DNA of 64,000 bases. It comes from Desulfurococcales archaeon (lineage in GTDB: Archaea > Thermoproteota > Thermoprotei_A > Sulfolobales > Desulfurococcaceae). How positions within the stretch are numbered: the first letter of the stretch is position 1; each line of letters starts with the position of its first letter. The notes below the pieces were generated by a model. That model did no database searches. It saw only the letters and a program-made list of their open reading frames with translations, and was not told the origin of the DNA. The stretch spans positions 416,001 to 480,000 of the forward strand of contig JALVYU010000031.1 of assembly GCA_027022365.1 (NCBI GenBank). The letters run 5' to 3'. Positions 58,372-64,000 of this stretch are shown piece by piece. The position numbers and the translations under genes are program-made.

Positions 58372-60099
58372 TCACCCTATCCTTGAGGATAGTTTTCTGG
58401 ACTTAGCCCTCAGCTCGTCGTCTGTCATGATCTTCTTCGAGCCTGTATCGACGTCTATAACCAGGTACCTCTCCGTACATGCTAGGCAGGGGTCGACCGA
58501 GGCGTATATTATCGGTGCGTCGGCGAGCCTGTACCCGATGAGCATCTCCTTGACCGGCGGTATGTTGGCGTAGCTGGGGGCCCTTACCCTCCATCTCTGG
58601 ATCTTATTGTATAGGCCGCTCCTAACATAGTGTATGTCCTCGCCCCTGGGCGCCTCGACAACGCCTACAGCCTCCTTGTTCTCCGGGATACCCTTCACGT
58701 CCGCTGCCAGTGGGCCTCCCGGCAGGGCATCAAGGATCTGCTCGATTAGGTCGAGGGACTCGAATACCTCGTCGAGCCGGACAAGCGTTATTGCCAGGAC
58801 ATCCCCCTCGCTGTACACGGGGACGTCGAAGCTGAGCTCCTTGTAGGCCGCATAGGGGTGGTCTCTCCTAACATCTATGTCGAGCCCGGTGGCCCTCGCG
58901 ACAGGGCCTACGACGCCGTAGCTTATAGCCGTATCCCTCGGGAGCACTCCCACGCCACGCGTCCTCTTGACGAGTATCGAGTTGTTCACCAGCATGTTGT
59001 AGAGCTCCCTGTACTCGTACCTGATCTTCTTCACCGAGTCCCTCGCCTTGGCCAGCCTGTCTCCCAGCACGTCCCTCCGGACGCCGCCGACAATGTCCAT
59101 TCCATATGTTTTCCTGTTACCTGTCAGGATCTCGGCCAAGTGCATGATGTGCTCGCGGATCTTCCACGACAGCATGAAGCCCGTGTCGAAGCCCAGTATG
59201 TGGCAGGCGATCCCTACCCATAGGAGGTGGCTCTCGATCCTCTCGATCTCGAGCATGAGGCTCCTGATATACCTTGCCCGGTCAGGGATATCTATGCCGG
59301 CCAGGGACTCGATAGCCTGCACGTAGGATGTCGCGTGGGTGAACCCGCATATCCCGCATATCCTCTCAGCTATGAATGGTATCTGGTTATATGTTAGCCT
59401 CCCCTCAGCTATCTTCTCGATCCCCCTCCAGTTATGGAAGCCCCTGTGCTCCGCATCAACTATTATTTCGCCCTTCACGTATAGCCTCCAGTGTATCGGC
59501 TCGTCGTTGATCATATGGTAGGGCCCCATCCCTATCACGTCAAGATCCTCGTGGCGCCCGACGGGCTTGTAGTCGGGGAGCCCCTCCCTCCAGTCCATCA
59601 CAGGCTTATTGTAGGGGTGGTCCTTCCTCCACGGGTGGGCGTCGTCGGGCCAGTACTCGGGCAACACTAGCTTGCGCTTATCCTTCAGCCCGACGAACTC
59701 TATTCCGTAGAGATCCCTATTCTCCCTCTCATTCCACCAGGCCGCCTTAACCATGTCCGCTATGCTCTGGATTTCTGGGTCGTGTTCGGGCAGATACGCC
59801 CTGACGCCTATGTAGAGGTTCTGCTTGTCGAACGCCACTATGTATGTCAGCGAGAAGTCTCGTCTGAAGTACCTCTCGTCGTTCCCCACGATCACGCTCA
59901 GCCTCGTGTAGGAGAACGTCATCAGCCGCCTGATTATCTCCCTTATGTTCTCCCTCGGTGCGAGGTATATGATTAGATCCTTTGTAGGGCCGTACTTTTC
60001 GGTGTAGAGGCCGTGGAGCTCCCTATCGATAATCCCCACTACCTCTTCTCTCCCCAGATCCTCGATGTTTCTCCTCCAGAAATCTACCAACCAAGCCAC
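58372..60099 (-). CDS. hycE: Group 4 [NiFe]-hydrogenase large subunit (fused NuoC-D, HycE-like)
   Basis: ERENRDLYG, RICGICGFTH (L1), EAPRG, DPCLACTER (L2) plus C-terminal extension. Confidence 0.93.
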   Translation of the reverse strand: MAWLVDFWRRNIEDLGREEVVGIIDRELHGLYTEKYGPTKDLIIYLAPRENIREIIRRLMTFSYTRLSVIVGNDERYFRRDFSLTYIVAFDKQNLYIGVRAYLPEHDPEIQSIADMVKAAWWNERENRDLYGIEFVGLKDKRKLVLPEYWPDDAHPWRKDHPYNKPVMDWREGLPDYKPVGRHEDLDVIGMGPYHMINDEPIHWRLYVKGEIIVDAEHRGFHNWRGIEKIAEGRLTYNQIPFIAERICGICGFTHATSYVQAIESLAGIDIPDRARYIRSLMLEIERIESHLLWVGIACHILGFDTGFMLSWKIREHIMHLAEILTGNRKTYGMDIVGGVRRDVLGDRLAKARDSVKKIRYEYRELYNMLVNNSILVKRTRGVGVLPRDTAISYGVVGPVARATGLDIDVRRDHPYAAYKELSFDVPVYSEGDVLAITLVRLDEVFESLDLIEQILDALPGGPLAADVKGIPENKEAVGVVEAPRGEDIHYVRSGLYNKIQRWRVRAPSYANIPPVKEMLIGYRLADAPIIYASVDPCLACTERYLVIDVDTGSKKIMTDDELRAKSRKLSSRIG

Positions 60100-61034
60100 C
60101 CCATAACGAGCCCGATAAGCGGTATCACGGATGCGAGTATCAGAGGCTTAAACGCCAGGTCAACCCTGTACCTGGGGTATAGGGCCTCTATGACGGAGTA
60201 GACGCTCATCGTGATGAGGAGGAACAGGGTGAAAACGCCTAGGACAAGCACTGATAGCAGTGGCCCCGAGACAAGGGATCGAAGCACCGCCGCCACAGGC
60301 GATACAAGCACCAGCGACACGGGTAGCGATAAGAGTATGTATCTCTTGAGGAGCAGGGCGTAGAGGAACAGCCCGTAGTACCTCCCGCTGAACTCTAGGT
60401 AGGGCCCACCGAGCACCTCCGTCTCGGCCTCGCCCATATCGAACGGGGTGTAGGCGGACTCGATATACGCTAGTATGAAGAGGGATGCTGACAGGAAGAG
60501 AGTGCTTATCCTCAGGTAGTTCCCGGGGAAGCCGTACAGCACCGCGAGGCCGTAGAGGTTCAGCGTCTTCATCTTATACGCTATGCCGACGATCGTGAAC
60601 GCGATGAAGACCTCGAACACCGTCACGGTCAGCGCCTCCCTAGCCGATCCGGCGTTTGAGTACGGGTTCGGCAGCGCTAGTCCTAGCAGGACGACGAGCA
60701 CGGAAACGAATAGCAGCGCGTACAACAGCGTGATGGCGTCAAACACTGTGCTGAACCCTGGGACGTAGGGTATGGGCACCGCCGCCGATAGTACTAGCAT
60801 GGATACGAACACTATGTATGGTGTAACGATCATGAACATGTTCTTGAAGGGCAGAACCGGCTGCAGGCTGAATAGCTTCGATAGATCATATATGGTCTGC
60901 AGCAGCGGCGGCCCGATCCTCCTCTGGACCTTGGCCCTGATCTTGCGTCTCAACCCATCGAGCACCGGGGCCATGAAGGCCCCGAGCAGTATCAGGACGA
61001 TCACCCAGACCGTTCTGAGCATGCACTCGTCCAC
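60084..61034 (-). CDS. hycD: Membrane subunit HycD/NuoH-like
   Basis: RKIRAKVQRRIGPP, PFDMGEAETE, EFSG. Confidence 0.9.
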   Translation of the reverse strand: MDECMLRTVWVIVLILLGAFMAPVLDGLRRKIRAKVQRRIGPPLLQTIYDLSKLFSLQPVLPFKNMFMIVTPYIVFVSMLVLSAAVPIPYVPGFSTVFDAITLLYALLFVSVLVVLLGLALPNPYSNAGSAREALTVTVFEVFIAFTIVGIAYKMKTLNLYGLAVLYGFPGNYLRISTLFLSASLFILAYIESAYTPFDMGEAETEVLGGPYLEFSGRYYGLFLYALLLKRYILLSLPVSLVLVSPVAAVLRSLVSGPLLSVLVLGVFTLFLLITMSVYSVIEALYPRYRVDLAFKPLILASVIPLIGLVMGWLGW

Positions 61035-61038
61035 GGCT

Positions 61039-63069
61039 CTACACCCACCAGAACAAGAGTATTACGAGGATTATCACCGAGAGTATCAGTAAAGCTATGG
61101 TGAACAAGGCTATCGGGGAGACTATGATCAGCCTGGCCATGTTGCCGAACACCCTCACCGCCGCAACCACCGATGATCCGGCGAGCTCGTCGAGCTTGAA
61201 CTCCCTTATCCCAGAATACTTTTCCGCGAGCCCCCGCGCCTTGGCGGCGAACCAGGTGTTCAGGCCGCCGAAGAACCTGGTTATCCTAGAAGCTATGCCG
61301 GAGTAAACTATTTTCGAGGGGATCCTCCACACCAGGCACTCGTATACCTCGTGGGAAAAACCCGTGAGGGGCTCGAAAATCCTCGAGAATTCGATGTATA
61401 GGTGGCTGGGCCGTATAAGGTGCTTGTCGGGCGGGATAATGTATCCCGTCGTCCAGACCCTGCTGGTGACAACGTCTTTGCCCCTATCGATATATCCCAG
61501 CAGCAGGCCGAGGCCGATCGACGCGAACACTATTAGTGGGAAGTAGTAGCCGTAGGGCGAAATAATGTGGATAAGCCCCGCCTCCACGGAGGCGTTGCCG
61601 GCGACGCCGTAGAAGCGCATGGATATACTCGTGAACAAGCCGAAGATCGAGTACAGGCCGAACACTACGAGCAATACGACGGGCACAAGCATCCCAGCCC
61701 TCATCGGATACCCTATCCTCCCCCTCACCACCTTTTTCTCGACTAGCCTAAGCGCCGGGGCCATGTACTTGACGGAGTACAGCAGTGTAAGCGGGGACAA
61801 CGCTATAACCATGGCAGCGATGACGCTGTACAGCGGGGACGCGCCCCTCAGGATCGACGCGTATATTGACAGCTTAGCGATATAGCCCAGCAGGGGCGGT
61901 AGCCCGGCAAGGCTCAGGGAACCAACTATGATGCTGATCATGGCTGTCCTGCTCACCGCGCCGATATTAGCCACGTCGTCGAGGCCGGCGGATCCGTAGA
62001 CATATATGTAGCAGCCGCTCGTCAGGAACAATAGTGTCTTGAAAATACTGTGGGCGAACAGGTAGGCCAGCCCGGCCGCGAGTAGGAGCGCTGAGAGAAC
62101 CCTGTCGAAGCCCAGCGTGATCGCCGAGAGGCTCAGGGGAACCAGTATGTATCCTATCTGTGAGACGCTCGAGTAGGCAAGCAGCCTCTTGGCGTGGTTC
62201 TCGCCCACAGCCTTGATCGAGCCCCAGAAGATCGATAGCAGTGCCTGGACGAGCAACAAGTAGTATAAAATGACCGGGGGGTGCAGGTACCTCAGCATCA
62301 CGCCGAATAACCCGTAGACACCCATCTTTATCATTACGCCGCTGAGAAGCGATGATATGTTGCTAGGCGCGGCCGGGTGGGCGTCGGGGAGCCAGAAGTG
62401 GAGGGGGTATAGGCCCGCTTTAGCCGTGAAGGCGATGTAGAACATGATTATAGAGAGTAGCCAGGCAGGGCTCCGGTCATCAATGATCTTCTCGAGGGAG
62501 CTGAGCTGTAGGGTCCCGTAGCCCGCCCACAGCATGGAGACACCGAGTATAAGGGGGAAACTGTTGAGCAACAGCATCGTGTAGAGATACTGCTTCGTCG
62601 CCCTAACAACGTGTTTCTCCCCGTACTCCCACCCTATCAGGACGATGCTTGTCAGGGTCATTACCTCCCAGAAGAACAGGAATAGGAGCAGGTTATCCGA
62701 TATACACAGCATCGCCATCGAGGAGAGGAACAGTGAAACCATTAGGGAGTAGGCCCAGGCACCGCCTAGCCCCTTGTATATCTCCATGTACTCCATCCCG
62801 TACAGGCTTATGGATAGGCCGGCCAGCCCTATTACTGCTAGGAATAGTGCTGAGAAACTATCTATGCAGAAGTAGCCGTAGAGACAGGCGCTGGACCCCC
62901 TGATCATGATCGTGGACGACAGTATGAGCTGGGAGAGCGAAGCGATGAATACGAATGAGAGGCCAGCCCTGATCGATAACGTGTAGTTGCTTCTGAGAGC
63001 GAGTGGGATGATTATTGCTAGGGCATAGGCTGACGCCATAACCCCGAATAGGGTGCTTGCTAGATCCAT
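61039..63069 (-). CDS. Antiporter-like subunit HycC/HyfB
   Basis: FLFFWEVM, PLHFWLPDAHPAAPSNISSLLSG, KRLLAYSS; start MDLAS at 63069. Confidence 0.88.
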   Translation of the reverse strand: MDLASTLFGVMASAYALAIIIPLALRSNYTLSIRAGLSFVFIASLSQLILSSTIMIRGSSACLYGYFCIDSFSALFLAVIGLAGLSISLYGMEYMEIYKGLGGAWAYSLMVSLFLSSMAMLCISDNLLLFLFFWEVMTLTSIVLIGWEYGEKHVVRATKQYLYTMLLLNSFPLILGVSMLWAGYGTLQLSSLEKIIDDRSPAWLLSIIMFYIAFTAKAGLYPLHFWLPDAHPAAPSNISSLLSGVMIKMGVYGLFGVMLRYLHPPVILYYLLLVQALLSIFWGSIKAVGENHAKRLLAYSSVSQIGYILVPLSLSAITLGFDRVLSALLLAAGLAYLFAHSIFKTLLFLTSGCYIYVYGSAGLDDVANIGAVSRTAMISIIVGSLSLAGLPPLLGYIAKLSIYASILRGASPLYSVIAAMVIALSPLTLLYSVKYMAPALRLVEKKVVRGRIGYPMRAGMLVPVVLLVVFGLYSIFGLFTSISMRFYGVAGNASVEAGLIHIISPYGYYFPLIVFASIGLGLLLGYIDRGKDVVTSRVWTTGYIIPPDKHLIRPSHLYIEFSRIFEPLTGFSHEVYECLVWRIPSKIVYSGIASRITRFFGGLNTWFAAKARGLAEKYSGIREFKLDELAGSSVVAAVRVFGNMARLIIVSPIALFTIALLILSVIILVILLFWWV

Positions 63070-63071
63070 GA

Positions 63072-63998
63072 TCAAATGATCGCACCTCCCCCGGCGATAC
63101 AGGATACTATCCAGTAGGCGAAAACATTCAGCACAATCATCATGGCGATCAGCGCGTCGAGGAGGCCCGGAGAGTAGCCCATTCCCTCCCCGGAGGCCCC
63201 TTCCCCGGGAAACAGTATTGAAGCCAGTATCCTGAAGAAGAACAGGCTGCTCACAAACCATGCGAGGACAGGCACTACGGCGGCCACGCCCATCGAGGCG
63301 AATGTGTTCTTGAGTATCATTATCTTTGCGATGAACAGGTTGAAGGGAGGAGCCCCTTCGACCGCGAGTATGGATGCCGCGAGCAAGAATCCTGCGTGCG
63401 GGTAGAGCCTCCTGATGCGGCCGTAGTCCCCGCCGTAAACGCCCATAGTCATGAACGCCGATGCCTTGGAGAGGCCGTGGCACATAATGTATAGTGGTAG
63501 GAGAAGCGCGAGCGCCCCCATACCCGGCAGCGTCAGGGCAAGCACCATCCACGACATATTGTATATCGTAGACCACGCTAGCATGGAGGAAAGCCTCCTG
63601 GCGCCCCAGTACCAGATGATTGAGATGATCATGGAGACGAGCGATAGGGATACGAGCAGCCACACGTAGTTCTCGGGAAGCCTCATGGCCGAGGCCAGCC
63701 TGTACAGGCCATACACCCCGAGCGGGTCGACTATGCCCGAGAACAGCGCCGAGTAGAGCGGCTCTATATTGTCATATACTTGTTGGACCCAGTAGTGGAA
63801 CGGGAATACACCGGCCTTGCTCACGAACCCCGCGGCGAGCAGTAGCGCCGGGACGACCAGGGTCTCGCCAGTGCTCCTCGTCATGTCGTAGGCGTTGTCG
63901 GCGTATAGGAGGGCGGCGCCGACCAGTATCATGAAACCGGTTATATGCATTGTTAAATAGTAGGTGTAGTGGGGGCCGGTGTCCCGGGACGTTGATAG
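63072..63998 (-). CDS. Second antiporter-like (NuoM/HyfF-like) subunit, truncated by window edge
   Basis: KAGVFPFHYW, HGLSKA, GAPPFNLF; frame open to the window end. Confidence 0.82.
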   Translation of the reverse strand, partial: LSTSRDTGPHYTYYLTMHITGFMILVGAALLYADNAYDMTRSTGETLVVPALLLAAGFVSKAGVFPFHYWVQQVYDNIEPLYSALFSGIVDPLGVYGLYRLASAMRLPENYVWLLVSLSLVSMIISIIWYWGARRLSSMLAWSTIYNMSWMVLALTLPGMGALALLLPLYIMCHGLSKASAFMTMGVYGGDYGRIRRLYPHAGFLLAASILAVEGAPPFNLFIAKIMILKNTFASMGVAAVVPVLAWFVSSLFFFRILASILFPGEGASGEGMGYSPGLLDALIAMMIVLNVFAYWIVSCIAGGGAII

Positions 63999-64000
63999 GA

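Noticed and set aside
63070-63663. N-terminal ~197 aa of the 874-aa ORF
   Set aside because: Overlaps the real upstream gene in another frame; true start is 63069
1-64000. tRNA/rRNA genes, integrases, reverse transcriptases
   Set aside because: None recognised

Overview
Archaeal chromosomal window, most likely a hyperthermophilic Thermoproteota (Desulfurococcales-like; inferred from gene content, GGTG-type RBS and ...GAAAG CRISPR repeats). Two convergent membrane-bound group 4 [NiFe]-hydrogenase operons bracket it: a small subunit plus Mrp antiporter genes on the left, and a Hyc-like operon on the right. Between them lie three CRISPR-Cas effector loci and no cas1/cas2/cas4. (i) Type III-A-like csm2-3-4-5-cas10 with csx1 and a CARF ring-nuclease candidate. 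(ii) A symmetric cassette: mini-array, leader, cas6, cas5d, an in-frame Cas3::Cas7d(Csc2) chimera, leader, mini-array. It is bounded by a ~164-bp inverted duplication, and its arrays have heterogeneous repeats and 49-52 nt spacers. (iii) A complete type I-A interference operon with csa3 and a clean 13-repeat array. Accessory genes include a glycosyltransferase/methyltransferase/sulfotransferase trio, a membrane-HEPN gene, a DUF2400-FeS-nuclease fusion, VapBC pairs, ABC/ECF transporters and thiDN. Non-coding signals include a shared GTTATC-N8-RATAAC operator, orphan repeat copies, candidate small RNAs and a symmetric G+T / A+C skew around AT-rich islands. All calls are by eye from motifs; no database searches were run.
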